This document shows, in pieces, positions 9,135 to 18,741 of a stretch of 64,000 nt of DNA. Below the pieces are notes generated by a model. The model was not told where the DNA came from and did not search any database. It saw nothing but the letters and a program-made list of their open reading frames with translations. This DNA is from an uncultured virus (IMG/VR IMGVR_UViG_3300018494_004239) (Duplodnaviria; Heunggongvirae; Uroviricota; Caudoviricetes). Numbering within the stretch: the stretch's first letter is position 1; each line of letters begins with the position of its first letter. A program made the position numbers and the translations under genes. The DNA lies in IMG/VR virus record IMGVR_UViG_3300018494_004239, one strand, 5' to 3'.

Positions 9135-10787
9135 ATGGAATCAATTCTTATTCCCGTAGGTATCGCAGTTGGAGCACTTGTGGTACTTATCATTTTCCTT
9201 TGCTCTATTTATAAGGTCGCAGACATCGATAAGGCACTCATCATCACTGGTGGTAAGGAACCTATCATCAAGGTATCTGGCGGTAGTTTCGTAATTCCGA
9301 TTTTCCGCAAGGCACAGTATTTCGACTTGTGTATGCTTACTGTTAAGGCAGATAGAGACGAAATTCGTACCATTACATCTGTACCTATTGTTACTGACTG
9401 GACTGCACAGATTCGTCCCGATGTAAATAATCCTGATAACTTGAAGAAGGCAATTATGTCCTTTAAGGAGCGCGGTTCTGATGGTATTATTCAGGATGTT
9501 AAGTTGACACTTACTGGTGCTGTTCGTGATATCGTGGCATCTATGACACCTGAAGCAGTTTTGAAGGATAAGGCAAAGTTTGCTGAAAATGTCCGTGATA
9601 CTGTTCAGGACGAAATGCGCAATATGGGTATGGAACTTGTTTCCTTGAATATTCAGGACATTTCCGACAACAATCATTACTACGACAATATCGCTGCTCT
9701 TGATATGGAAGATAAGCGTCTTGCAGCAGAGAACAAGCGAGCAGATATTGACCGTGATGTTCGTAAGAAGAAGGCAGAGGCAGAGAAGGATGCTTCCCAG
9801 AACGAACTTGATGCTCGTCTCGCTATTGCTGAAAAGCAGAGAGACAACGACATTAAGAAGGCAGGATTCAAGGCAGAAACTGACCGTGCTAATGCCGATG
9901 CAGAAATTGCTGGTGAACTTCAGAGAACCGTTCGTCAGCAGGAAGTTGCTGAACAGCAGGGTCGTGTTGAGGTCGTAAGACAGGAACAGGCAAACCTTGC
10001 TGCCGAAAAGGAAAAGGCAGTTATCGCTACCAAGGCAGAAGCAGAAAAAGAGCGTCAGCGTATCGCTGCCGAGGCAGAGGCAAATGTTAACCGCATTGCT
10101 GCTGAAACTCGTGTTCAGGTTGCTGAAAAGGATGCAAATGCAACCAAGATTTCTGCGGATGCTATTGCAGAGAAGACCCGTAAGGAAGGTCAGGCTGTCG
10201 CTGATGTTGCTCGTCAGAAGGGTATTGCAGAGGCAGAAGTTACCAAGCAGAGAGGTCTTGCAGAAGCACAGGTCGTTAAGGAAAAGGGTCTTGCCGAAGC
10301 AGAGGCAGAGCGTGCAAAGTTGATGGCACAGGCAGATGGTGAAAGAGCACTTGCTGATGCTCGTGCATCTAACGAAAAGGTTAACTTCGAGATTGAAAGT
10401 CTCAAGATTAAGTGCGATGCACAGATTCAGATTGCAACCCAGACTGCACAGATTATGGCAAACCTTGGTCAGAATGCCGAGTTTGTTAATATCGGTGGTA
10501 TGGCACAGGGTCCTGGTGCTATCGGTGGCGGTAGTGGCAATGTACTTCTCGACACTCTTGCTGGCATTCCTACTCTTATGAAGAGTTTGAATGTCCAGAA
10601 CGAGGCACTCAATGGTCGTTCCTTTAACGAGGAAGTAGAGGGTCTTGTTGGTAGTGTAGCGAACCCTATGAAGGGTATGCTTGTTAACACTACTGGTGAA
10701 GATAAGTCCCTTCCTGCTCCTGTGGTAGAGGAAAAGACTTCCAAGAAGTTCCATAAGGGTTCAAAGAAAACTGACGGCGAAGTATAA
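9135..10787 (+). CDS. Flotillin-family (SPFH/Band 7) membrane protein
   Basis: N-terminal TM, SPFH domain (ALIITG, FVIPIF, LNIQDISD), long AEA-rich coiled coil; promoter 9038-9066. Confidence 0.92.
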   Translation: MESILIPVGIAVGALVVLIIFLCSIYKVADIDKALIITGGKEPIIKVSGGSFVIPIFRKAQYFDLCMLTVKADRDEIRTITSVPIVTDWTAQIRPDVNNPDNLKKAIMSFKERGSDGIIQDVKLTLTGAVRDIVASMTPEAVLKDKAKFAENVRDTVQDEMRNMGMELVSLNIQDISDNNHYYDNIAALDMEDKRLAAENKRADIDRDVRKKKAEAEKDASQNELDARLAIAEKQRDNDIKKAGFKAETDRANADAEIAGELQRTVRQQEVAEQQGRVEVVRQEQANLAAEKEKAVIATKAEAEKERQRIAAEAEANVNRIAAETRVQVAEKDANATKISADAIAEKTRKEGQAVADVARQKGIAEAEVTKQRGLAEAQVVKEKGLAEAEAERAKLMAQADGERALADARASNEKVNFEIESLKIKCDAQIQIATQTAQIMANLGQNAEFVNIGGMAQGPGAIGGGSGNVLLDTLAGIPTLMKSLNVQNEALNGRSFNEEVEGLVGSVANPMKGMLVNTTGEDKSLPAPVVEEKTSKKFHKGSKKTDGEV

Positions 10788-10837
10788 TCGCTATATATAA
10801 CAAGACACCCCAAGTCGAAAGACTTGGGGTGTTTGCT

Positions 10838-11383
10838 TTACTTGAGGGAAGAACAGATTTTGTCAAAACAGACTTCAAGGGTGTATTTCACTTCTGTGGT
10901 GAAATATCCACATTCGCCATCGAAAATCTTGTTTTTGGCAACATCAAAAGGCATTCCGTCTTTATAAGCACGTTTTGCGGTCAGTGCTTCGAAGCAATCG
11001 GCAATGCCCACTAATTGCACCATCAAAGGCAAATCTGTTTTAGCGGTGGTTTGCGGATAACCAGAACCGTCAGACTTTCTGTGGTGATACATCGCTGCTT
11101 CCATAACTTCCTTCTTGTGTTCGCCAACATAAAACTCTTCTATGTAGTTTATGCCGTAAACAGGATGCATGTTAACAGATGCTCTCTCTTCATCTGTCAA
11201 TTTCCCATTTTTAGAAATGATGTCTAAAATGCGAATTTTACCTGCATCATGCCACAAACCACATTCGTAAGCAATGTCGCTTGGCAAATTAGCCTGTTCT
11301 GCAAGAATACTGGAAATTAAAGCAGTTCTACGGGAATGATTAACTGTTTCCTCGTTCAAAAGATTAAAGATTTTTTCTACCAT
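10838..11383 (-). CDS. Stand-alone HD-GYP phosphohydrolase
   Basis: HS, HDAGK, GKLTDEE, HP, HHRKSDGSGYP and IADCFEALT.KRAYK motifs. Confidence 0.88.
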   Translation of the reverse strand: MVEKIFNLLNEETVNHSRRTALISSILAEQANLPSDIAYECGLWHDAGKIRILDIISKNGKLTDEERASVNMHPVYGINYIEEFYVGEHKKEVMEAAMYHHRKSDGSGYPQTTAKTDLPLMVQLVGIADCFEALTAKRAYKDGMPFDVAKNKIFDGECGYFTTEVKYTLEVCFDKICSSLK

Positions 11384-11514
11384 GATAAAGACTCCTTCCA
11401 ATATGTAAAATATAACAATGCCATATTAACATTTTATATTTTTAAAAACAAAAAAATGTTGACATTGCTAATGAAATATGATACAATAAATATACACAGA
11501 AAGGAGTTGTTTTC

Positions 11515-12369
11515 ATGAAAATTCGAGATTATATTAAGCAATGGTCAACACTATTCTATTCGCGCAATCCATACGGTAAATCAATTCCAAGTACATATCT
11601 ATTCTCCGAAAAACTTATTAGAGAATATGACAAGGACGGTAGAAAAGTGTATTATGCCAATCTGTCTGAACTGAAACAAGATGGTTGGAGCATGGATTAC
11701 ATTGTTCCTGCAGAAACAGAGGCTCCGTGGGAGATTTGGGAAATTGTTTCGTTTTCTCCAATTTTTCATCGTTTGATGCAAGAGGAGAAGATGTGTCCAT
11801 CAAATTACATCGTGAATATTATAGATGCTCTCGATGCTTATGAGGATGAAGATGCAGAACGAAATGAAATAATTCACACTGAAGATTTTTATATAGGAAC
11901 AATCGCTCGTGGTCTTCGTGCTTTGGCAAGTTATATTCGTGAATATAGTTTGGCGGAAATTATAGAAGATTATCTGCTAAAATATGCTCTTCAATACGGT
12001 GTACAATTCGAAATGTATCGTGCCTCCGTAACACAAGACATGAAATATAAGACCGATATTCTCTTCCGTTACGATAATCAACTGTATCGTGCTTGGTCTT
12101 ATCAGACTACGAAAAACGGAATTCCAAAAACGAGCAGACGAGTTCTTAATGCGAATGGGCGCGGTTATAATATTCTGTTCCCATTTAACATGTGGGAAAA
12201 GAACAATGTTGCTGGTTGGTTCTTGTATGATGAAAAGATTACGGAAAACACAATTACAAAACTAATCACAAATAATGCAGAGATTCCAATGGAGCATTGG
12301 GAATATTGTGAGAAAGTGATGCAAGACAACAACATAATTAAGATACCTGCTATTTTCGTAGTAGAGTGA
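11515..12369 (+). CDS. Hypothetical protein, paralog of 36101-36970, possible PD-(D/E)xK nuclease fold
   Basis: Shares RGLR..AS.IRE, K.D.LFR.DNQ..R.WSYQ, G.NIL.PF, GWFLYD and K.PAIF with the paralog. Confidence 0.7.
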   Translation: MKIRDYIKQWSTLFYSRNPYGKSIPSTYLFSEKLIREYDKDGRKVYYANLSELKQDGWSMDYIVPAETEAPWEIWEIVSFSPIFHRLMQEEKMCPSNYIVNIIDALDAYEDEDAERNEIIHTEDFYIGTIARGLRALASYIREYSLAEIIEDYLLKYALQYGVQFEMYRASVTQDMKYKTDILFRYDNQLYRAWSYQTTKNGIPKTSRRVLNANGRGYNILFPFNMWEKNNVAGWFLYDEKITENTITKLITNNAEIPMEHWEYCEKVMQDNNIIKIPAIFVVE

Positions 12370-12419
12370 ATACATAACACCACTTCTGAAAAAAGTGGTG
12401 TTATTTTTGCAAAAAGGGG

Positions 12420-12451
12420 TTGACAACTTAATATCAATATGATATAATGTA
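12420..12451 (+). promoter_or_regulatory. sigma70 promoter overlapped by a candidate NrtR operator
   Basis: TTGACA 12420-25 and TATAAT 12443-48; palindrome AACTTAATATCA-ATA-TGATATAATGTA at 12425-12451 matches sites at 21857 and 27242. Confidence 0.75.
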
Positions 12452-12483
12452 AGTACAATAAAACAGGAAAGGATTGTTATAAT

Positions 12484-12816
12484 ATGTTTGAAAATAGAAA
12501 AAGTGTAAACTGTAAGGTCATTATGCCAGCAAAGGCATTCAGAATCAATAGCGAGGAAGATTACGATGGTTTTGATGTGATGTGCAAGCGTGGTCGAAAT
12601 TGCGATTGTGAATATCAAAACAGCGGATATTGCTCTTGCAATGGTATTTGCGGTGACCAAGAAAAGATTGGTTATGTAAAACCGAATTCTGCCTGTCGTA
12701 TGTATCCGCCTGTAGGTTCTTATGTTATTTATAACATCAAAGGAGAAATTATTACAGTAACCGAAGAACAGGCGAAATCCTCTGTTGTTTTCGAAGATAG
12801 TGGTGAAACACTATGA
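12484..12816 (+). CDS. Hypothetical Cys-rich protein
   Basis: First gene of the NDT-nrtR operon; ATGA overlap with the next gene. Confidence 0.7.
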   Translation: MFENRKSVNCKVIMPAKAFRINSEEDYDGFDVMCKRGRNCDCEYQNSGYCSCNGICGDQEKIGYVKPNSACRMYPPVGSYVIYNIKGEIITVTEEQAKSSVVFEDSGETL

Positions 12817-13247
12817 GAAAAGTGTATTTAGCAAGTCCTTTTTTCTCTGAAAAAGAATTGGTTGTCTATAAAGAAGTAATCGAACTTTTGCGGGCATTGA
12901 AGGACACAGAAGTATATGTTCCAATGGAACACGAAATAGAAAACGGCACAGAAATCGAAAACCATGTTTGGGCAGAAAAGGTCTTCGCGCTTGATAGAAA
13001 AGCACTTTGCGAAAGTGAATATGTATTTGTGCTTAATTTCGGAATGTATTCCGACAGCGGAACTGCTTGGGAAGCAGGATATGCCTTTGGAAAAGGCAAA
13101 AAGGTTTACCAAGTTTGTTGCGGGGATGATTGCGATTATTCTTTGATGATGATGAATGGATGCAGTCATGTAATTACACTTGATGATTTGAGAAAAGGAA
13201 TTCTGCCAGAAAAAGAAGGAAGATTGGCAGAAATAGTCCAAAAGTGA
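12813..13247 (+). CDS. Nucleoside 2-deoxyribosyltransferase / N-glycosidase family protein
   Basis: VYLASPFF and DSGTAWEAGYA motifs. Confidence 0.88.
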   Translation: MRKVYLASPFFSEKELVVYKEVIELLRALKDTEVYVPMEHEIENGTEIENHVWAEKVFALDRKALCESEYVFVLNFGMYSDSGTAWEAGYAFGKGKKVYQVCCGDDCDYSLMMMNGCSHVITLDDLRKGILPEKEGRLAEIVQK

Positions 13248-13257
13248 GGTAAGAAAA

Positions 13258-13974
13258 ATGAGCGATAATAAAAATTTTATGAGTTATGAGAGACCTTCGG
13301 TAACGGCAGACGTCGTTATGTTTAAGGTTCACGATAAAATCATTGACAAAAGACAGAAGAGCAAGAAAAGTCTTCGTGTTCTCTTGATTCGAAGAGATAC
13401 AGAACCTTATGAGGGTAAGTGGTCTCTTCCTGGTGGTTTCGTCGGCATTGACGAAACTATTGAGGAAGTTGCTCGCAGAAAGGTTTTTGAAAAGACTGGC
13501 TATGACCAGTATTACCTTGAGCAACTTTACACCTTCGATGGTATTGACCGTGATAGTCGTTGGCGTGTTATTTCTACGGCATATGTTGGAATTATGAAAC
13601 CTCATACTTTTACAAAGCAGTATGGAACTCATGCTGGTGAGTGGTTTGAGATTCTTGATGATAACACCTTGATTGGTATTGATACACTTCGTACTTTAAC
13701 TTTTGACGACCTTGCTTTTGACCACGGGAAAATTATCACAAAGGCGCTTGAAAGAGTTCGTGGTAAGTTGTTTTATTCTGATATCGGTTTCGAGTTTGAA
13801 GAAGAGGAGTTTACTGTTGGTTCTTTACAGGGAACTTTTGAGACCATTTTAAATAAACCTATCAGTAACTTTAAGCGCACTATGGACAGTCGTATTGAAG
13901 AAACCGATAAGACTGTCTATGGTATGGCATATCGTCCTGCAAAAGTTTATCGAAAGAAGAAACTCGATGATTAA
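13258..13974 (+). CDS. nrtR: NrtR-type Nudix-wHTH regulator (ADP-ribose responsive)
   Basis: PSVTADVV, WSLPGGFV, degenerate Nudix box (RRKVFEKTG), LEQLYTF..RD.R.RVIS.AY, LAFDH, C-terminal FT..L...E and RPAKVYR. Confidence 0.85.
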   Translation: MSDNKNFMSYERPSVTADVVMFKVHDKIIDKRQKSKKSLRVLLIRRDTEPYEGKWSLPGGFVGIDETIEEVARRKVFEKTGYDQYYLEQLYTFDGIDRDSRWRVISTAYVGIMKPHTFTKQYGTHAGEWFEILDDNTLIGIDTLRTLTFDDLAFDHGKIITKALERVRGKLFYSDIGFEFEEEEFTVGSLQGTFETILNKPISNFKRTMDSRIEETDKTVYGMAYRPAKVYRKKKLDD

Positions 13975-14329
13975 ACGGTTTGTTTGCATTCTGCTCGGAG
14001 TATTGATTGTCTTTTCTCTTGTTGGGTGTGATTTAGAACCCGTGGAACGGCCAGAACAACCACATTTGTACTGGAAAGATATTGATGTTGTTGTTACCAA
14101 TGTCAACAGGAAACATTGGTTTGCTACGACACATCATTACATCATTGAGATAACCGTTAAAAGCGAAGAGTATGGATTAGAAAAAACGATAACTTCCGAA
14201 GGCGGAGGCATGTTCGCTCCGCAACATTGGGGTGTCGAAAAGGGCGATGTTGTAACTGCACAATTGTATTCGTGGGTTATGGATAGTACAGGTGAGGTTG
14301 TTAGACGAGATATCCATTCGTTAAAATAA
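13967..14329 (+). CDS. Hypothetical lipoprotein
   Basis: Signal peptide with lipobox LVGC. Confidence 0.75.
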   Translation: MIKRFVCILLGVLIVFSLVGCDLEPVERPEQPHLYWKDIDVVVTNVNRKHWFATTHHYIIEITVKSEEYGLEKTITSEGGGMFAPQHWGVEKGDVVTAQLYSWVMDSTGEVVRRDIHSLK

Positions 14330-14368
14330 AAAAGGAGTTGAACGAATATGTTCAACTCCTTGTTTTCT

Positions 14369-15355
14369 TTAGTTTCTATTTTTTGCATATTCCCAAGCAC
14401 TTTTGCACATTTCTTCAATAGATAATTCTGTTTTCCATCCAAGTTCTTTTTGTGCTTTCATTGGGTCTGCATAACACTGTGCAATGTCTCCTGGGCGACG
14501 GTCACAGATAACCTTTTCTACATTTAGATGATTTACCCTGTTAAATGTGTTGATGATATCTAAAACAGAATAACCAGTTCCTGTTCCCAAATTATATACT
14601 TTGAGATTTCCCATTCTATCAAGTGCTTTTATATGACCTTTTGCTAAATCAACTACATGAATATAATCTCTAACACCAGTTCCGTCTATTGTTGGATAGT
14701 CTGTGCCAAAAACTGTGATTTTGTCAGCTTTTCCAAGTGCTACATCGATAATTCTTGGCATTAAGTTATTAGGAATGCCATTGGGGTTTTCTCCAAGCAA
14801 TCTGCTTGCATGTGCGCCAACGGGGTTGAAATATCTCAATAGTGTTGCGGAGAATTGCGGATTTGCTGCACAAATATCTTTTAGCATTGTTTCGATATGT
14901 AACTTTGTTGTTCCGTATGGATTTGTTGTTCTTAAAAGTGCATTTTCGTCGATTGGGACAATGTCTGGATTTCCATATACTGTTGCACTTGAGGAAAAAA
15001 CGATTTTATTACAGTTGTTTTCACTCATTGTTTTAAGAAGGTTGATTGTGCCACCGACATTGTTATCGTAATAATCTAACGGTTTTTCAACAGATTCTCC
15101 TACTGCTTTTAGTCCCGCAAAGTGTACAACTGATTCAAAATTAAAAAATTTAAACAGTTCCTTCATCTCTTTTTCATTTCTTATATCCATTTCGATAAAA
15201 TAAGGCCTTTTATTGGTAATTGCTTCAATGTCGTCTATTACACTTTTCGAGGAATTAGAAAGGTTGTCAACAATCAAAACTTCTTTTCCCTCATTAAGTA
15301 ATTCAACTGCTGTATGTGAACCAATATAACCAGTTCCGCCAGTTACTAAAACCAT
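14369..15355 (-). CDS. galE: UDP-glucose 4-epimerase
   Basis: VTGGTGYIGSHT, HFAGLKAVGES, SSSATVYG, YGTTK, LRYFNPVGAH and RDYIHVVDLA motifs. Confidence 0.96.
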   Translation of the reverse strand: MVLVTGGTGYIGSHTAVELLNEGKEVLIVDNLSNSSKSVIDDIEAITNKRPYFIEMDIRNEKEMKELFKFFNFESVVHFAGLKAVGESVEKPLDYYDNNVGGTINLLKTMSENNCNKIVFSSSATVYGNPDIVPIDENALLRTTNPYGTTKLHIETMLKDICAANPQFSATLLRYFNPVGAHASRLLGENPNGIPNNLMPRIIDVALGKADKITVFGTDYPTIDGTGVRDYIHVVDLAKGHIKALDRMGNLKVYNLGTGTGYSVLDIINTFNRVNHLNVEKVICDRRPGDIAQCYADPMKAQKELGWKTELSIEEMCKSAWEYAKNRN

Positions 15356-15359
15356 AGTA

Positions 15360-15683
15360 TCACTCTCCTAAAATTTTTATGTCTTTTGTGTCGAGTTCCG
15401 AATCTTTCCAACCAAGTTCGGCATTAAGTGGAAAACACTTTTTGTTTTCATTGAATAATTCTGCTAATTTTGTTGGGTCATTAAGCAAATTTTCTTTGTG
15501 TCTTGCCTGTCTAAAACATCTTTTTGTGTTTTGTTTTTGCCAATACACAGTAATGTCGTACACAAAGCAATCTGAAAGAACATCAGTGTTGTGTACGAGC
15601 ACGAAATCTATGACCCGATTTTTATCGGGACATTCATATAATGTTTTGTTATGAGATAGAATTTTTTTAGTTAAAAACGTCAT
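15360..15683 (-). CDS. Hypothetical protein
   Basis: ORF co-oriented and adjacent to galE. Confidence 0.6.
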   Translation of the reverse strand: MTFLTKKILSHNKTLYECPDKNRVIDFVLVHNTDVLSDCFVYDITVYWQKQNTKRCFRQARHKENLLNDPTKLAELFNENKKCFPLNAELGWKDSELDTKDIKILGE

Positions 15684-15848
15684 AAAAACACCACCAAAAG
15701 GAATATTTTATTATATAATATATCGGTTTACATAAAAAATCAAAAAATAATGCAACTTTTTCTAATATTTGTTCAGTTTCTATTTTGTTGACAAAGTTGC
15801 AAAAATATTGTATAATATATGAAATTACATAAAAAAGGAGATATCGTT

Positions 15849-18641
15849 ATGGACAACAATCAATTTGGTAACGGGATTCCGACTGATAATAATTATCAGG
15901 GAAGACCTATGCCACAAAACATGAATAATGTCCCTATGCAAAATACACAAAACACAAATCCTCAATTTGTAATTGGTGGACAAAATAATGGATATCGAAA
16001 TCCAAATCCTCCAACTCAACCAACACAAAATGGTGGGGTTTATGGGCAATACAATAATCCGCAGTATATGCAACAACAACCTATCGCACCGCTGCAACCG
16101 CCCACACAAATTCCTATTCCACCAGTACCACCAGTACCGCCAACACCACAAACTCCTCCTATGACGCCTGAACAACCTAAAAAGACAAAGAAGGATAAAA
16201 AGGTTAAAGGAAAGAAAAAGAAAAAGCACATTGGTTTATGGATTTTCTTATCTTTAATCTTAATTGGTGCAGGTATCTTTGGTTTATTTAAGTGGCAAAA
16301 TAATGTAGCAACAGAATATCTACAAAATATTTTGAGCGACCAACCTTTTGAATATGTCGATACAAACTATTGTGATTATGTAACTGACAACATTGTAATT
16401 CCGCAAGAAATTGAAGTCGGCGAGGGCGATGTGGAAAAAATCCAATGGTCAAGTGATAATCCTAATGTGCTTAATACAATAGGAGAGGTAAATAGACCGA
16501 GTAATGCAAATGCTGTTGTTAAATTAACGGCAGAAGTAAAACACGGTTTAGGAACTGGTAAAAAAGATTATTATATTACCGTTATAAAGACAGACGTAAT
16601 TGATGATGAAGATATCTTTGTGTTAACACCCGAAGATATTGAAAAAGGCATCGGAAACAACAATATGGTTATCACTTACAACGAGGATGATATTATCGAT
16701 AGTATTGATGGTAATTTCAATTCTACAATCGTTTCTTCTGCTGATGATGCTATAAAAGTACTTAATAAGTATAGACAACTTATGAATATAGGTGATGAAG
16801 TAGAATTTAAAGTTTGTGATGTTCAGACGGCACTAGAAGGTAAATGTTTTATGGTTGAACAATACTACAACGATTTGCCTGTCTTTGGTAGAACTGTTAC
16901 AATGACAACTAACGCTTCTAATCATTTGGATTCAATTAACTTAAATATTGTTAGAAATATCAATGTCGGCACTAACGGTGAAATGACCGAAGATGAAATT
17001 AATTCTGTATTGTCTTCTCATTATGGCATTACAATCAAAATCACAGAACACACAAAAGGTATTTTCGTGTCAGAAGAAAAAGCACATCTTGTATATAAGT
17101 GTACTGCTTTAGGACAAGAAAATGATAAAATTGTTATCAAAACTGTTTATTTAGACATTGACTCCAAAAAAGTAGTAGCAGATGTTGAAATTTCGACTGG
17201 TTTGGGGTCTATGACAACCGCTTATGGCGAGGATGTGTTCGGTGAAGACCAAGTGTTTAAAGCAAATAAAGCGGCTTTGTATTTCCTTGAAGATACGGGA
17301 AGAAATATCAAAATCATTGATGGTTCACACAATATTACTGATATCGGTGATGAAATCTTTTGGGGTGATGATGCACCAATGATGATAGTCGTTTTAAAAA
17401 AGCAGTTTGGTTTACCAATTTCGAGTACAAAAAACACTTTCAAAGATGCTGGTCAGGGTGTTTCTGCATATAAGAATTTTATCACGACATATGACTGGTA
17501 TAAAGATACTCTTGGAAGAACTTCTTTTGATGGAAAAGGTAAAGAAATAAAATGTGTTGTAAATTCTCCTGCTGCTAAAAATAATGCCTCATATCTTGGC
17601 GGAGATTTTAGATTTTTCATCTGTGGAGATGCACCAGCATTTAAGTATGCACTTTGTGCAGGTGTGGATGTAATTGGACACGAGTATACTCACGGTGTTT
17701 TCGATGCGATTACGGCGGACGGTAGTTCAATGAATTTTTCTTCCATCAATGAGGCATATGCCGATATTTTTGGGTGCCTAATTGATAATGATTGGCAAAT
17801 GGCTGAATGGTTGGGAGAACCATTAAGAGATGCAACTGGTGCTTCTGGTAATGAACTTTGGGGCACAAAATATCCAGATACTTATCTCGGAGAAAATTGG
17901 AGCAACGATGATTGCCACATTAACGGTATATTATTGAGTCGTGCCGCATTTAGAATGACTCAAAGAGGTTTTACAAATGAGGATGTAGCAAAGATTTGGT
18001 ATCAGTCTATGTTTTACGGATACGATGACTGGTCTAATTTCCTCGATGTAAGAAGTAATGTCGAAAAAGCAGCAAGAAAACTTGGGTATACAGATGAACA
18101 ATTGATTGTTATTGGCGATATTTTTGGAGAACTTGGTATTGGTGAAATGCCAACAAAGCAAATTCAAAATATGTCTGTTGAGGGTCATGCATTTAAGGAT
18201 GATACAGTAGAAAAAGATTTCTTAATCGTATGGTCTCCAATTGGAAGTTTATTTGGAAGTCCAATTCTTATTTACGAAGAAGATAACAGTCTTGAACAAA
18301 CAATGACTGATGCTCAAATTTCTGAAAAACTAACACAATATATGATGGATGTTATTGTTGGAGATAATCAGATACCAGACAATGAATATCTCGATATTAA
18401 ATTTGATATAAAAGTTGAATATTCGAGAATGCCAAAATGGATTATGAAAATTGTTAAAAACTTCGCAGAAGAAGCAAGAACTACCATGATTGAATCTGTG
18501 TCATCTGAAACTGGGCAAACATCAGAAGATACAGGAAGTTGGTTTAATTTATTCTTCCTTGTACAAACATATCACGGAACGTCGTATGATTTTTGGACTG
18601 AATGTATGGGAATGGATTTTAGCGAATTTTCATTTGAATAA
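15849..18641 (+). CDS. Membrane-anchored M4 (thermolysin-like) metallopeptidase
   Basis: Q/N/P-rich N-terminus, basic stretch plus TM, Ig-like segment (IQWSSDNP), propeptide-like region, NNA, HEYTH and NEAYADIFG motifs; promoter 15788-15816. Confidence 0.88.
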   Translation: MDNNQFGNGIPTDNNYQGRPMPQNMNNVPMQNTQNTNPQFVIGGQNNGYRNPNPPTQPTQNGGVYGQYNNPQYMQQQPIAPLQPPTQIPIPPVPPVPPTPQTPPMTPEQPKKTKKDKKVKGKKKKKHIGLWIFLSLILIGAGIFGLFKWQNNVATEYLQNILSDQPFEYVDTNYCDYVTDNIVIPQEIEVGEGDVEKIQWSSDNPNVLNTIGEVNRPSNANAVVKLTAEVKHGLGTGKKDYYITVIKTDVIDDEDIFVLTPEDIEKGIGNNNMVITYNEDDIIDSIDGNFNSTIVSSADDAIKVLNKYRQLMNIGDEVEFKVCDVQTALEGKCFMVEQYYNDLPVFGRTVTMTTNASNHLDSINLNIVRNINVGTNGEMTEDEINSVLSSHYGITIKITEHTKGIFVSEEKAHLVYKCTALGQENDKIVIKTVYLDIDSKKVVADVEISTGLGSMTTAYGEDVFGEDQVFKANKAALYFLEDTGRNIKIIDGSHNITDIGDEIFWGDDAPMMIVVLKKQFGLPISSTKNTFKDAGQGVSAYKNFITTYDWYKDTLGRTSFDGKGKEIKCVVNSPAAKNNASYLGGDFRFFICGDAPAFKYALCAGVDVIGHEYTHGVFDAITADGSSMNFSSINEAYADIFGCLIDNDWQMAEWLGEPLRDATGASGNELWGTKYPDTYLGENWSNDDCHINGILLSRAAFRMTQRGFTNEDVAKIWYQSMFYGYDDWSNFLDVRSNVEKAARKLGYTDEQLIVIGDIFGELGIGEMPTKQIQNMSVEGHAFKDDTVEKDFLIVWSPIGSLFGSPILIYEEDNSLEQTMTDAQISEKLTQYMMDVIVGDNQIPDNEYLDIKFDIKVEYSRMPKWIMKIVKNFAEEARTTMIESVSSETGQTSEDTGSWFNLFFLVQTYHGTSYDFWTECMGMDFSEFSFE

Positions 18642-18741
18642 TTAATAACAGTGCTCAAAGGTCGATGACTTTTGGGCACTTTCTATTTGCAGTAATCTTT
18701 ATTGACTTTTTATAAATGGGCTGTCATAATATAGTAAAGAG

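Noticed and set aside
9141..10754. 537-aa antisense ORF over the flotillin gene
   Set aside because: Shadow ORF caused by strong codon bias of the sense gene; no RBS and no recognisable motifs. The same applies to 21921-22901, 27340-28152 and 28183-28884.
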